A stretch of 64,000 bases of DNA from an uncultured Chloroflexia bacterium (GCA_963819655.1 CAWFXA010000001.1:192001-256000), one strand, 5' to 3'; positions 28,785-39,270 are shown, counted from the first letter of the stretch. Program-made: numbers and translations. The notes: generated from the sequence alone by a model not told the origin.

Positions 28785-29567
28785 ATGTCCGGGCTCCGCG
28801 CCTCCCTCTCGCACGTCGTCAGTGCGACCGTGATCGTTGTCGTCGTCGTCGCCGGCTGCCTGCCGTCGCCGCGGGCGGCGAGCGAGGACGCCGCGTCGTC
28901 GGCCGGCTCCGGCGTGCCGAGTGCCCGCCCATCCCCGATCCCGAAAGCCCACCTCGCGGCCATCGCCGCGTTCGCCGAGCGCGTCACCAGCGGGAAGTTG
29001 ACCTACCGGGTCACGCTCAAGGGAAGTGTCCGCGCCTCGGCCGACAACCTCCCGATCGCCGGAACGATGGACGTGTCAGGAGCCGACTTCTCGAGTTCGT
29101 TCACGTACGACTTCAGCCGCGACTATGAGACTCTCGGCAAGGAACGGGTCCAGGTCCGCGGCGTGAAGGGCAAGGGCTATATCAAGCGCGGATCGAAGGC
29201 GTGGCAGGCCATCAAGGGTTTCGGCGTCGCCCACTCGTATGTCCCGTTCAAGACCGTGGATGCGGTCGAGGACGTGCGCTACCTAGGGGCGGTCAGGGTC
29301 GGGGGCGCGACGTTCCACAAGGTCGGGATCGCGGGCGCCATGCTCCTCCACCCGAACACGATCCCCTACCGGATCCAGAAGGAGAAGATCGACCTGACCG
29401 AGCTCGAGGTCGCGATCGACGATGCCGGCAAGCCGCGCTCGGGGACGTGGAGGCTGTGGGGCCAGGCGCGCATCGGTCCGGGCAACGGCCAGCTGCAGCG
29501 GGTCGTGTACGAGGTAAACCTGACGTTCTCGAAGGTCGGCGCCAAGATCACCGTCAAGCGCCCCTAG
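28785..29567 (+). CDS. Putative lipoprotein (beta-rich, possibly LppX/LolA-like fold)
   Basis: Hydrophobic signal ending VAGC (lipobox); beta-strand-rich basic body. The fold assignment is a guess. Confidence 0.65.
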   Translation: MSGLRASLSHVVSATVIVVVVVAGCLPSPRAASEDAASSAGSGVPSARPSPIPKAHLAAIAAFAERVTSGKLTYRVTLKGSVRASADNLPIAGTMDVSGADFSSSFTYDFSRDYETLGKERVQVRGVKGKGYIKRGSKAWQAIKGFGVAHSYVPFKTVDAVEDVRYLGAVRVGGATFHKVGIAGAMLLHPNTIPYRIQKEKIDLTELEVAIDDAGKPRSGTWRLWGQARIGPGNGQLQRVVYEVNLTFSKVGAKITVKRP

Positions 29568-29906
29568 CGGGTCCGTCGACCGTTCCGCCCCTCCGCGAGG
29601 ATCGACACGCTCGGTCGGCAGCGGTTCAGCGAATTCCTCGCGACTGCCGCAGCCTCGGTAGCAATGCGACGATTGCGGCGTGTTGACCGACCGACAGCGG
29701 GTGCACACCCAGCTGTTCTCGGGGAGATCGCGGGCGTCGAGGAGCGCGCGGCCGGCCGCCTTACCGGCGCCAGGGATCATGTGCCCGACCTCCGAGGTCG
29801 ATGCCATGAGGAACCGGAGCAGGACGAGCCCGACCGCCACCAGGACGCCCGCGACAACGACCGCGACGGCCCAGTCGATCCCGAGGATGTAGTCGGCGAA
29901 GTCCAC
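29564..29906 (-). CDS. Small membrane protein with a RanBP2-like zinc finger; probable +1 frameshift near 29607
   Basis: TM helix followed by WVCTRCRSVNTPQSSHCYRGCG. Shifting frame after PTER gives SILAEGRNGRRTR*, whose stop shares CTAG with the convergent gene. Confidence 0.6.
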
Positions 29907-29922
29907 GATTCGATGATGCGAC

Positions 29923-30020
29923 CGCTTCCGCGTCATCGGTGCCGGGGCGCAACGCTTCCGCGCCATCGGTGCCGGTGCGCACCGGAGAATCCGTCGGGGG
30001 CAGGTCCGTCGGGGGCAGGC
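29923..30020. repeat. 30-nt x2 and 15-nt x2 tandem repeats
   Basis: CGCTTCCGCG(T/C)CATCGGTGCCGG(G/T)GCGCA(A/C) x2; CCGTCGGGGGCAGG(T/C) x2. Confidence 0.75.
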
Positions 30021-30021
30021 C

Positions 30022-30675
30022 TCAGTCGCGGTTGCCGGTCCCGAACTGGCGGTCGCCGGCGTCACCGAGCCCGGGCATGATGTAGCCCTTCTCGTTCAGC
30101 CCTCGGTCGAGCGCTGCGCAGTGGATCTCGACGTCCGGATGGGCCTCCTGGACCGCCGCCACGCCCTCCGGGGCCGCGATCAGGTTGACGAGCTTGATCC
30201 GGACCGGCTTGACGGCGCCCCATCGTTTGAGGACGTCGATGGCGGCCGTCGCACTGCCGCCGGTCGCCAGCATCGGATCGAGGATGAGACACAGATCGAC
30301 GGTCGCCGAGTCGGGCAGCTTGTTGTAGTACTCGACCGGGCGGAGCGTGCGCTCGTCGCGGAACAGGCCGAGGTGCCAGACCTGGGCCGTCGGCATGAGC
30401 TCGAGCATCGCGTCGACCATGCCCAGACCGGCGCGCAGGATCGGGATGAGGCCGATCCTTTCGCCGAGCTCGCTGGCGTCCATCTCCTCCATCGGAGTCG
30501 TGATGCGGCGGGGCCGGGTCTTGGCGTCCTGGAGGGCCTCGTAGCCGAGCAGCCACGACAGCTCGCGCACGACCTCGCGGAACTTCTTGGGTTCGGTTTC
30601 GCGGTCGCGCAGGACGCCGAGCTTGTGCAGCACCGCCGGGTGGGTCGAGACGTGCAACGTGTCGGCATTCGTCAC
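30022..30675 (-). CDS. upp: Uracil phosphoribosyltransferase
   Basis: [35 protein letters not shown]. Confidence 0.97.
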   Translation of the reverse strand: MTNADTLHVSTHPAVLHKLGVLRDRETEPKKFREVVRELSWLLGYEALQDAKTRPRRITTPMEEMDASELGERIGLIPILRAGLGMVDAMLELMPTAQVWHLGLFRDERTLRPVEYYNKLPDSATVDLCLILDPMLATGGSATAAIDVLKRWGAVKPVRIKLVNLIAAPEGVAAVQEAHPDVEIHCAALDRGLNEKGYIMPGLGDAGDRQFGTGNRD

Positions 30676-31421
30676 GCGGCGATGGTAGCGCGGCGCCGCT
30701 CCGTCAATCGTCGCGTGCCGGAGTCGTACCAGACCAGACCCGGCTCTTTCGGCGGAGCCGTGCCCTCCGTCAGCGCTCGAACCCAGGCTCGGCTGGACCC
30801 TGGGAAGGCGGCATCGATGATGTTCGGGTAGCGAGCGATGAGTTCACGATTCGCGGCGGTCGCGCGAACGATCCAGACGCTCGCGACCCGGTCTTCGGGC
30901 CACGTCGCGTTGGCCTCGGCCTCCTTCCGTCGCGTCGCGCGAACGGCCGCACCGAGGTCGCCGAAGCTGTTCCAGCACTCCGCCAGGATCCGCGCGCGGA
31001 CGGATGCGTCGCGGATGCCGACGTCGGTGGATCTGCTTGGGTCCGCGGGTCGGGTCGGGACCTCAATGGTGGCAAGGCGACCGGTCGCCCGAGCAAGGTG
31101 CAGGACGAACTCCTGGATCTCCAGGTGTCCGGCGTCGTTGACCGCGGAAGGTGTGCCGATCGGCCGTGTGAGGGTGACGGCCAGCGGACGATCCAGCGCG
31201 ATCCCGAGCGCGACCCAGGTTTCCAACGGAGCGCGGGTGCCACCACCGCGCTCGATCTCGCTGAGCCGCGCGACGCTGAGACCGGAGCGTCGGGCGAGCT
31301 CGGCGATCGACCACCGCTTGGCTCGTCGCGCCGCTCGCAGCTGGCCGCCCAGTGTCGCGGCGATCGCCATTGCCTCGCGGCGGCCGTTGATGATGTCACT
31401 CGTTGGAACCCGTCGCACCAT
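30672..31421 (-). CDS. XRE HTH protein fused to a putative PD-(D/E)XK-like domain
   Basis: [32 protein letters not shown], then HLEIQE...IEVP...STDVG...LAECWN. Start uncertain (31421-31541). Confidence 0.7.
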   Translation of the reverse strand: MVRRVPTSDIINGRREAMAIAATLGGQLRAARRAKRWSIAELARRSGLSVARLSEIERGGGTRAPLETWVALGIALDRPLAVTLTRPIGTPSAVNDAGHLEIQEFVLHLARATGRLATIEVPTRPADPSRSTDVGIRDASVRARILAECWNSFGDLGAAVRATRRKEAEANATWPEDRVASVWIVRATAANRELIARYPNIIDAAFPGSSRAWVRALTEGTAPPKEPGLVWYDSGTRRLTERRRATIAA

Positions 31422-31597
31422 GGTGACCTCGATAGGCGGCGGGATTTCTGATGGGAGCATACGAATCGGGGCTTCACGGGCCATTAGCGAGTCCTGCGGG
31501 GCGGTCGACCGCGTGCCCCGTGCGTGTCTCGGAAGGCACAACGCGCGTTAAGCCCGGCGAACCTGCGAAACGTCTGGTGGCAGCAGAATCAAGGCTC

Positions 31598-31655
31598 GGA
31601 ACGGACGGTTCGCGCTCCGGGTTCGCGGAACGGAGGGTTCGCGCTCCGGGTTCGC
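31598..31655. repeat. 29-nt tandem repeat x2
   Basis: GGAACGGA(C/G)GGTTCGCGCTCCGGGTTCGC x2. Confidence 0.8.
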
Positions 31656-31675
31656 GTTTGGCGGGCGCCGCTCGC

Positions 31676-32977
31676 CTACGGGGCCTCAGGCGTGATCTCG
31701 ACCGTGCCCTTCACGAAAGCCGCGCCCCTCGTGTCGAGCACCTCGAGCGTCGCGAGTGCCGCCTGCGCGAGGTCCGTGCGATAGGCATCGCCCGACGGTG
31801 GCGCCGCGATGACGCCGGCCGCTAGGCAGACATCGATCGTGCGCTGCCATTCGGCTGGGTCCAGTACGCCGATCCCCCCGGGTGCCGGCCAGATGAGCGG
31901 GTTGACCTCGTTCATCGCCCATGCCTCGTGGCCGGCCTGCAACCTCGACGCCGGAGGGCTCGCACCGGGCGCCGCCGCTGACGTCCCAGGTGAAGCGACC
32001 GGCGCCGATGCGCTCGGGCTCGCCGACGCGTCGGGCGCCACGGTCTCTCCCGCCCTCACGACCGCCTCGACGCATTCCGCCGGATGGTCGCGGCAGAACA
32101 TCCAGCCCTGGAACGACGCCTTCAGGAATCGGGAGGCGAGCTCCTCGTTGCCGTCCTGGTCGAGCCAGGACGCCCGGGCGAAGATCGCGTCCTGGAGCAT
32201 GGCCGTGCCCTCATCGTTGTAATTGATCACGTTGAAGTCGGTCGGTTGGTACGGCGAATTGGTCGTCGGATCTGTCGCCTCGAGGACCTGCGCGTAGCCG
32301 TCGTAGATCGTGGCCTGGGCGACGTCGATCCCGCCTCGCAGGAACTCGCGCATCTCCGTGTCCTGCTTGACGAGGCTGACGTCCTGCTCGAGATCCAGGC
32401 CGGCGGCCTTGGCAGCGGCCGTCACCTCGAATTCGTTGCCCGCGCCGAGGAAACCCACCCGGTGTCCCTTCAGGTCGGCGGGTCGCGTGATGGCCATGTC
32501 GCGGAATGAGATCGACAGCGTCGCCGATCGGCGGAAGACCTGGCCGATATCGACGAGATCGGACGAGCCGGCTGCCCGGGCCTTCAACACGCGCGGCACC
32601 CAGCTGATCGTGAACTCGGGGCCCGACGATTCTGAGCCGACGACCTCTGGAAAGACGTCCGGCCCGCCCTCGACGATGGTCAGGTCGATGCCGGCGGCCT
32701 CGTAGAACCCCTGATCGATCGCGGCGATGTAGCCCGCGAACGCGGCGCCCATGGTCCAGCGCAGGAGGAGCCGCACAGGCGTGAGTGTTGGAGCGTCACT
32801 CGAGACGGCGGTGGGTACCGGCGCGAGCGCGGATGCTGACGCGGAGGTGGCGTCGCTGATCGTTGGCGAGCTCGATCCCCCGACGCAGCCAGTGACGAGG
32901 AGGCACGCGATCAGGGTCGCGGCGCGGGTCGCGGCGCCGGGCAGACGAGAGGCCGGCCGATGGCGGCCGGCCTCCAT
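31676..32977 (-). CDS. NMT1/THI5-like ABC substrate-binding lipoprotein (paralog 2)
   Basis: Lipobox VTGC, FAGYIAAIDQGFY, ISWVPR, MLQDAIFA, EVNPLIWPAP. Confidence 0.85.
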   Translation of the reverse strand: MEAGRHRPASRLPGAATRAATLIACLLVTGCVGGSSSPTISDATSASASALAPVPTAVSSDAPTLTPVRLLLRWTMGAAFAGYIAAIDQGFYEAAGIDLTIVEGGPDVFPEVVGSESSGPEFTISWVPRVLKARAAGSSDLVDIGQVFRRSATLSISFRDMAITRPADLKGHRVGFLGAGNEFEVTAAAKAAGLDLEQDVSLVKQDTEMREFLRGGIDVAQATIYDGYAQVLEATDPTTNSPYQPTDFNVINYNDEGTAMLQDAIFARASWLDQDGNEELASRFLKASFQGWMFCRDHPAECVEAVVRAGETVAPDASASPSASAPVASPGTSAAAPGASPPASRLQAGHEAWAMNEVNPLIWPAPGGIGVLDPAEWQRTIDVCLAAGVIAAPPSGDAYRTDLAQAALATLEVLDTRGAAFVKGTVEITPEAP

Positions 32978-33003
32978 CCGTTGCGTGGATCCGGGGGGTG
33001 CCG

Positions 33004-34167
33004 TTACTGGCCACCCTCCGTGAGGGTCACAGTGGCCTTCGTCCACGACGTGCCCTTGGTGTCGAGGTCCGTGAGCTCGGCGAGAGCCTTCTCCGCCAGA
33101 TCGTTCCGCCAGGCCGTCCCTTCGACTGGCTTGGTCAGGATCTTGCCGGAGAGAGCCACCTCGACCGTCCGGTCGAACGCCGCTGCGTCGGTGATACCGA
33201 TGCCGTTCGGCGCGGGCCAGATGATGCCGCTCACCTCGTTGAGCTGCCACGTCTGGTGCCCCTTGGGCAGCGCGGCATCTGACTTGATGACGATGTCGAC
33301 ACACTCTTCGGGGTTGTCGCGACAGAAGATCCAGCCCCTGAAGGAAGCCTTCAGGAACTTGACCGCGTCGTCCTCGTTGCCGGCCTGCGCCAGCCATGCC
33401 TCGGACGCGAAGATCGCGTCCTGGAGCATCGAGGTGCCGTACTCCTCCCAGGAGATGACGTTGAGGTCCTCGGCCTTATACAGCTCGCCCGTGGCTGGAT
33501 TCTTCTTCTCGAGGACCTGCGCGTACTCGTTGTAGATCATGGCCTGGGCGGCATCGATGTCGCCCTCCGCGAAGGCCACCATGTCGAACTGCTGCGCGAC
33601 GATCGACACGTCCGCGGGGTTGTCCGGGTCCAGGCCGGCCTTGCGCAGGCCGGCGTAGAGCTCGGCCTCGTTGCCGAAGCCCCACGCTCCGACCTTCTTG
33701 CCCTTGAGGTCCTCGGGCTTCGTGATGTTCTTGTCCTTGAACGAGACCTGCAGCGTCGGCGATCGCTGGAAGATCTGCGCGATCACGACGCCGTCGGCGC
33801 CACTCTCGCGCGGGGCCAGCATGCGCGGCACCCAGCTGATGCCGAATTCCGCCTGGCCGCCGGCCACGACGGTGGCGGGCACGATCTCCACCGCACCCGG
33901 CAGGATCTCGACGTCGAAGCCTTCCTCCGCGTAATAGCCCTTGTCCTTGGCCGCGAAATAGCCGGCGAACTGGGCCTGCGGGAACCACTGCAGCTGGAGC
34001 CGGATCGGCTTCAGCTCCGCGGGGGCGCTGGGGGCCTCCGAGGCAACGGAGGCACCAGGCGCCTCGCTCGCCGTTGACGGGGCCACCGTGGCGGCCCCAC
34101 CGCCCGTGCACGCAGCCAGCGCCATGCTGGCGGCAGCGAACAGCACGGTCATGCGCCGAAGTCGCAT
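33004..34167 (-). CDS. NMT1/THI5-like ABC substrate-binding lipoprotein (pyrimidine uptake)
   Basis: Lipobox LAAC, LQLQWFPQAQFAGYFAAKDKGYY, AMIYNEY; AAGGAG SD. Confidence 0.9.
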   Translation of the reverse strand: MRLRRMTVLFAAASMALAACTGGGAATVAPSTASEAPGASVASEAPSAPAELKPIRLQLQWFPQAQFAGYFAAKDKGYYAEEGFDVEILPGAVEIVPATVVAGGQAEFGISWVPRMLAPRESGADGVVIAQIFQRSPTLQVSFKDKNITKPEDLKGKKVGAWGFGNEAELYAGLRKAGLDPDNPADVSIVAQQFDMVAFAEGDIDAAQAMIYNEYAQVLEKKNPATGELYKAEDLNVISWEEYGTSMLQDAIFASEAWLAQAGNEDDAVKFLKASFRGWIFCRDNPEECVDIVIKSDAALPKGHQTWQLNEVSGIIWPAPNGIGITDAAAFDRTVEVALSGKILTKPVEGTAWRNDLAEKALAELTDLDTKGTSWTKATVTLTEGGQ

Positions 34168-34295
34168 AGGACACCTCTCCTTTGGCCGGACCGCGAGAGC
34201 GGCCCGCCTCCTCACGGCGCAGTCTAGCGAACGACGCCCGAAGGTATACGTCGGCCCTCTCGACGGGGCCTCGCCGGCCTACCGGACAGGCCCGC

Positions 34296-35123
34296 TCAGG
34301 ACCAGGCGGCCTGCCGGCCGTACCAGGGCATCGCGATCCGCTCGATGACGGCGACCACGAGGTACAGGCCGATCCCGATGGCGCACGCGAACACGATCGC
34401 GGCCCACGACCGCTCGAAGTTCAGGAACGCGGAATAGGTCGCGATGTACTGGCCGAGGCTCGCTCGCGGTGCAGCGAAATACTCGCCGACGACGGCGCCG
34501 ATGGTTGCCAGCGTCACCGCCAGCCGAAGCGACGTGAAGATGTACGGGAGTGCGTTCGGGACCCGCAGCTTGCGGAACACGGCGGATTCCGGGGTCGCGT
34601 ACGAACGCAGCAATTCGAGGGCGCGCGGGTCGACGGTGGTCAGGCCGCGGACCGTGTTGATCAGCACCGGGAAGAAGCACAGGACGGCCGCGACCATCGC
34701 CTTCGACAGCTGCTGATCAAGCCCGAACCAGTTGTTGAACAGCGGCGCGAACGCGAGGATCGGCACGGAGCTCGCGGCGACCGCGAACGGCATCAGCGAG
34801 TCCTGCATGAACCGGAATCGCGCCGTGACGGTGCCGACGACGATGCCGGCCGTCGCACCGATCAGCAATCCCGCCAGGATCTCAAGGAACGTGTACCGTG
34901 CGGCCGCATACAGCTCCGGGAGATACGTCTGCCACGCTGTCGCGATCGCAAGTGGACTCGGCAGGATGAACTGCTTGATCCCAAAGACCCGGACGATGAC
35001 CTCCCAGGCGGTCAGCAGTCCGACGAGCAGGAGTGCCGGTGGGCCCCAGTCGCGCAACCGACGGGCGATGCCCGCAGTCACCCCCTGTGACCGCGCCGGC
35101 CGGGCGATCTCGCCGGCGGTCAT
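34296..35123 (-). CDS. NitT/TauT ABC permease
   Basis: ILPSP, FFPVLINTVRGL, KLRVPNALP, GAVVGEY. Confidence 0.9.
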   Translation of the reverse strand: MTAGEIARPARSQGVTAGIARRLRDWGPPALLLVGLLTAWEVIVRVFGIKQFILPSPLAIATAWQTYLPELYAAARYTFLEILAGLLIGATAGIVVGTVTARFRFMQDSLMPFAVAASSVPILAFAPLFNNWFGLDQQLSKAMVAAVLCFFPVLINTVRGLTTVDPRALELLRSYATPESAVFRKLRVPNALPYIFTSLRLAVTLATIGAVVGEYFAAPRASLGQYIATYSAFLNFERSWAAIVFACAIGIGLYLVVAVIERIAMPWYGRQAAWS

Positions 35124-35986
35124 CCCGACAGGCCCTCGGCCGCGACCCGCCGGGTGGCTAGCTCGTCGGGGTCACCCTCGTCCCCGGTCCCGCTGCCTCG
35201 CCGCTCGTCGCCTCGCAGGGCTTCGCGCACCGCGGTCACGAGGTGGAAATACTGCTCCAGCTCGCGCGTATCGGCGGATCGCTGGCGGGGCAGGTCGATA
35301 TCGATCACGGCGCTGATCCTGCCCGGCCGCGGCGACATGACCACGACGCGGGTGGACAGGAACACGGCCTCCGCGATCGAGTGCGTGACGAACACGATGG
35401 TCGTCTCGGTGCGCTCCCAGATCTTGAGCAGCTCGAGATTCATCCGCTCACGGGTCATCTCGTCGAGAGCCCCGAACGGCTCGTCCATGAGGAGGATCGC
35501 GGGGTCGACGGCGAGTGCGCGGGCGATGGCGACACGCTGCTGCATCCCGCCCGACAACTGCCACGGGTAGTGCCCGCCGAAGTCGGACAGCTCGACGAGA
35601 CGGAGATGCTCGAGCGCGCGCTCCGTCCGCTGGCGCTTCGGGGTGCCGCTCACCTCGAGCGGCAGCTCGACGTTGCCCTGGACAGTCCGCCAGTCGAACA
35701 GCACGGGCGCCTGGAAGACCATCCCGTAGTCGCGATCGAGACGCGCCCGAGGCGCGGGCTTGCCGTTGACCGTCACCGTGCCCGAGGTCGGGGAGGTGAG
35801 ATCGCCGATGATGCGCAGGAGCGTCGACTTGCCGCAGCCCGACGGGCCGATCAGCGACACGAACTCCCCGGCCGCCACGGTCAGGTCGATATCGAGCAGG
35901 GCCTCGACCCGGCCTGCACCCTGGCCGCGCTGGGCGAAGACCTTCGACACCCCGGCGATCGCGACGACGGGCCTCGTTTCGGCCAT
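35120..35986 (-). CDS. NitT/TauT ABC ATPase
   Basis: [38 protein letters not shown]. Confidence 0.92.
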   Translation of the reverse strand: MAETRPVVAIAGVSKVFAQRGQGAGRVEALLDIDLTVAAGEFVSLIGPSGCGKSTLLRIIGDLTSPTSGTVTVNGKPAPRARLDRDYGMVFQAPVLFDWRTVQGNVELPLEVSGTPKRQRTERALEHLRLVELSDFGGHYPWQLSGGMQQRVAIARALAVDPAILLMDEPFGALDEMTRERMNLELLKIWERTETTIVFVTHSIAEAVFLSTRVVVMSPRPGRISAVIDIDLPRQRSADTRELEQYFHLVTAVREALRGDERRGSGTGDEGDPDELATRRVAAEGLSG

Positions 35987-36879
35987 CAGGCGACGGCCTG
36001 GTCGACACGACGCTCGTGGCGGAGCACCCAGCCTTCGACGCCGGCGACCAGCAGGTACACGCCGATGCCCAGAACCGATGAGACCACGATCGTGGCCCAC
36101 AGGTATTCGGCGTTGAGGGAGTAGTACTGCATCCCGGTGATGATCTGGCGGGCCAGCCCGTCCTGGATGAGCGACGGCAGCTCCCCGACGATCGCGCCGA
36201 CGACCGCGGCCGGCGCCGCGATCCGGAACCCCGTGAACAGGTAGGGCCTCGCGGCCGGTAGACGGAGCTTGCGCAGGATCGCCCAGCTCGACGCGGCATA
36301 CGAGCGCATCAGCTCGAGGGCGCGTGGGTCGTACGCGCGCAGGCCGCGCAGGGCGGCGATCGTGACCGGGAAGAACGTCAGATAGGTCGAGACGATCGCC
36401 ACGCCGAACCAGTCGGCCTTGAGACCGATCACGATGAGCGGCGCGATCGCGATGATCGGGATGGTCTGGCTGGCCACGATCAGCGGCACGAGTGCGCGTT
36501 CGAGCACCCGAACGTGGACGAGCACGATCGCCAGCCCGAGCCCGAATAGCGTCCCCAGCGCGAACCCGATCGCCGCGTTCCGCAGCGTGAACAGGGCCGC
36601 GCGCACGAGTCGCGTGACCGTCGTCGCGCCGACCGCATCCTCGCGCCCGAACTCGGCCGCGATATCCCAGAAATGGGGCAGCTTGGTATCGGTCGCGAAC
36701 GGGAATGTCAGCGGCGGATCATGGTCGAACACGATCCCGGTGCCCAGGAACGAATCGTAGTGCCAGCGATCGCCGCCGATGAACTTGGCCGTTTCCCAGA
36801 CGACGAGGAGCGCGATGAGGACCGTGAAGAACCCCACGACCGGGCGGAGTCGCCGGCGGATCGTCGTGCGGGCCGCCAT
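35986..36879 (-). CDS. NitT/TauT ABC permease
   Basis: SQTIPIIAIAP, FFPVT, KLRLPAARP, GAIVGE. Confidence 0.9.
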   Translation of the reverse strand: MAARTTIRRRLRPVVGFFTVLIALLVVWETAKFIGGDRWHYDSFLGTGIVFDHDPPLTFPFATDTKLPHFWDIAAEFGREDAVGATTVTRLVRAALFTLRNAAIGFALGTLFGLGLAIVLVHVRVLERALVPLIVASQTIPIIAIAPLIVIGLKADWFGVAIVSTYLTFFPVTIAALRGLRAYDPRALELMRSYAASSWAILRKLRLPAARPYLFTGFRIAAPAAVVGAIVGELPSLIQDGLARQIITGMQYYSLNAEYLWATIVVSSVLGIGVYLLVAGVEGWVLRHERRVDQAVA

Positions 36880-36882
36880 CGA

Positions 36883-38220
36883 TCAGCCGGTGACCGCCTG
36901 ATCGGAGATGTCGAGCGCCGCGTCGATGACCTCGAAGCCGTGCGCCAGCTCCTCTTCGTTGATGCACAGCGGCGGGTTCGTGTGGATCGAGTTGTTGGCG
37001 ATCATCGCGTACACCCCGTTGTCGCGGAGGTGCTTGCCGATCGCCTTCATCTCGTCGGACGTGCCGTTGAACGGCGTGAGCGGCGTCCACGGATCCTGCG
37101 TCCGGACGAGATCGAGGATCCCGAACAGGCCCAGGTTTCGCGTCGCTCCGACTGACGGATGCTTCGCTGCGAGTCGCTCGTGATGCTCACGCATCCGGGC
37201 GCCCATACGCGTCGCGTTGTCCATGAGGCCGTCCTCCTCGTAGACGCGGATCGTCGCAAGCGAGGCGGCAAGGGAGACGGGATGCGAGGAGTAGGTCAGC
37301 CCGCCGTAGAACATCCTGTCCTCGAACGCCTCGGCGATGTGGTGGCGCATCCCGACGGCCCCGAGCGGCAGGTACGACGACGTCAGGCCCTTGGCCACCG
37401 TCATGAGGTCCGGGACGACGCCCCAGTGGTCGACGGCGAACCAGCGCCCGGTCCGACCGAAACCGGCCATGACTTCGTCGCAGACCATGAGGATCCCGTT
37501 CCGGTCGCAGATCTCGCGGACGCCCTGGAGGTACCCGTCGGGCGGGATGAGGATGCCGTTCGTGCCCACGATCGTCTCGAGGAACACCGCAGCGATCGTG
37601 TGGGCGCCCTCGTAGCGGATGACGTCCTCGAGGCCCTGCAGGCTCTCCTCGACCGGCCGGGGCTCCTTCTCACCCCAGCGGTGGGTATCGGGATAGCGCA
37701 CGACCCCGACGAGACCGGGCTCGTTGGCCCAGCGGCGCGGGTCACCGGTCAGCGTCATCGCCCCGAGCGTGGCCCCGTGGTAGGCGCGATAGCGCGCCAA
37801 CAGCTTGTACCGGCCCGTGAAGGCGCGCGCGAGCTTGATCGCGTTCTCGATCGCCTCGGCGCCGCCCAGCGTGAAGAACACCTTGTCGATGTCGCCGGGC
37901 AGGATCTCGGCGAGCTTCTGCCCCAGGCGGGCGCGGATCTCGGTCGCGAATGCCGGCTGGACGTATTGCAGCTTGGTCGCCTGTTCGGTGATCGCGTCGA
38001 TGACGCGGCGGTCGCCGTGGCCGATGTTGACGGACATCAGCTGACTGTTGAAGTCGAGGATCCGTCGCCCCTCGGGCGTGTACAGCCAGACGCCCTCGGC
38101 GTGGTCGATGGCGATCGGGTCGACGGCGCCCTGGACCGACCAGGAAAAGAAGGTATGCGCTCGATTGAGGGCGACGATCTCCTCGGACGTCATCGCCCCC
38201 TGAGCGGTGCCGATGCCCAT
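36883..38220 (-). CDS. Class III (omega) aminotransferase, likely beta-alanine:pyruvate type
   Basis: DFNSQLMSVNIGHG, GAEAIENA, YHGAT, DEVMAGFGRTG, AKGLTS; pyrimidine-catabolic context. Confidence 0.85.
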   Translation of the reverse strand: MGIGTAQGAMTSEEIVALNRAHTFFSWSVQGAVDPIAIDHAEGVWLYTPEGRRILDFNSQLMSVNIGHGDRRVIDAITEQATKLQYVQPAFATEIRARLGQKLAEILPGDIDKVFFTLGGAEAIENAIKLARAFTGRYKLLARYRAYHGATLGAMTLTGDPRRWANEPGLVGVVRYPDTHRWGEKEPRPVEESLQGLEDVIRYEGAHTIAAVFLETIVGTNGILIPPDGYLQGVREICDRNGILMVCDEVMAGFGRTGRWFAVDHWGVVPDLMTVAKGLTSSYLPLGAVGMRHHIAEAFEDRMFYGGLTYSSHPVSLAASLATIRVYEEDGLMDNATRMGARMREHHERLAAKHPSVGATRNLGLFGILDLVRTQDPWTPLTPFNGTSDEMKAIGKHLRDNGVYAMIANNSIHTNPPLCINEEELAHGFEVIDAALDISDQAVTG

Positions 38221-38307
38221 GGGTCCTCCTCTGCGCCCTCGGGCGCGAGACCGGATTACAGCACATCTGCCGCGCGTCGACGGGCGGGTTCGCCAGGTAG
38301 GCCGGCG

Positions 38308-39270
38308 TTACGAGTCTCGATGCGTCGAACTCGACGGGCCCACCAACACCCTGATGGCCGCAGGGACGACGCGGGCGGTCAGCCATCCCGCAGCGTGCGG
38401 GTCGCCGTCCGTCTGGACGTGCTGGGGTGGTTCGGCATCGATGTGGACCTCGCGGACCGTTCGGCGGATGACTGCCCCACGGAGCTCGCCCTTGCGCACC
38501 AGTAGCTCGGCGGCGCTGCGCAAGCCGGCCACGACTCCGCGACCGCCGACGAAGAGGAGGTCCAGTCGACCGTCGCCCGGGTCGATGGACTCGCGCGGGC
38601 CGACCCGACCCGGGATGATCTCCCCGGCGTTGGCCACGAGCGCCAGATGGCCGTGCAGATGCAGCAGTTCGCCGTCGGCGGTGATGGTGAATTCGCCCGC
38701 CGCCAGTCGGGTCAGCTCTCGGAGCGTCGCGCCAATGTAGGCCCCGAAGCGCAAACGACGCTTCCATTCATCACTCGCCGCGGCCATGATCCTGGCGTCA
38801 AGCCCGACCCCGGCTGCCACAAGGAACGGGCCATGGCCGTCCGGTCGGCTCACGCCGGGCCGACCCCATTCCGCCGCTCCGAGGTCGATGGTCCGTGGGA
38901 CGCCCCGCCGAATGGCATCCAGCGCCGGGCCGATGCCACGGATGCCCAGGCTGGCGGCGAGGACGTTGCCCGTCCCGCGCGGGACGATCGCCAGGGGGAT
39001 CGGCCGGCCCGACAGGCTCGCTGCGACCTCCCGGACGGTCCCGTCACCACCGATCGCCACGACCAGGGGTGGATCCGTGAGACGCTCGAGGGCCGCCCGA
39101 GCATCCGCCTGTCCGCCGGCAACCAACAGGGGCTTCCGCTCCGTCCGGGTGAGCACCGCCCGAGCGACCCGCTCGACGAGCGCGTTCCGATCGGTCGGAT
39201 CGCTCAGCCGCGAGGCGCGCGGATTGATCACGAGCAGTGGCGCGGACGGATCTCCGGCGATCGATCCCAT
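38308..39270 (-). CDS. Diacylglycerol kinase catalytic-family (YegS/DgkB-like) lipid kinase
   Basis: VINPRAS, GGDGT, PRGTGNVLA, GVGLDA, TDGD. Confidence 0.88.
   Translation of the reverse strand: MGSIAGDPSAPLLVINPRASRLSDPTDRNALVERVARAVLTRTERKPLLVAGGQADARAALERLTDPPLVVAIGGDGTVREVAASLSGRPIPLAIVPRGTGNVLAASLGIRGIGPALDAIRRGVPRTIDLGAAEWGRPGVSRPDGHGPFLVAAGVGLDARIMAAASDEWKRRLRFGAYIGATLRELTRLAAGEFTITADGELLHLHGHLALVANAGEIIPGRVGPRESIDPGDGRLDLLFVGGRGVVAGLRSAAELLVRKGELRGAVIRRTVREVHIDAEPPQHVQTDGDPHAAGWLTARVVPAAIRVLVGPSSSTHRDS

Noticed and set aside
29923-31655. 29-30-nt direct repeats as a possible CRISPR array
   Set aside because: Only two abutting copies each, no spacers and no cas genes.
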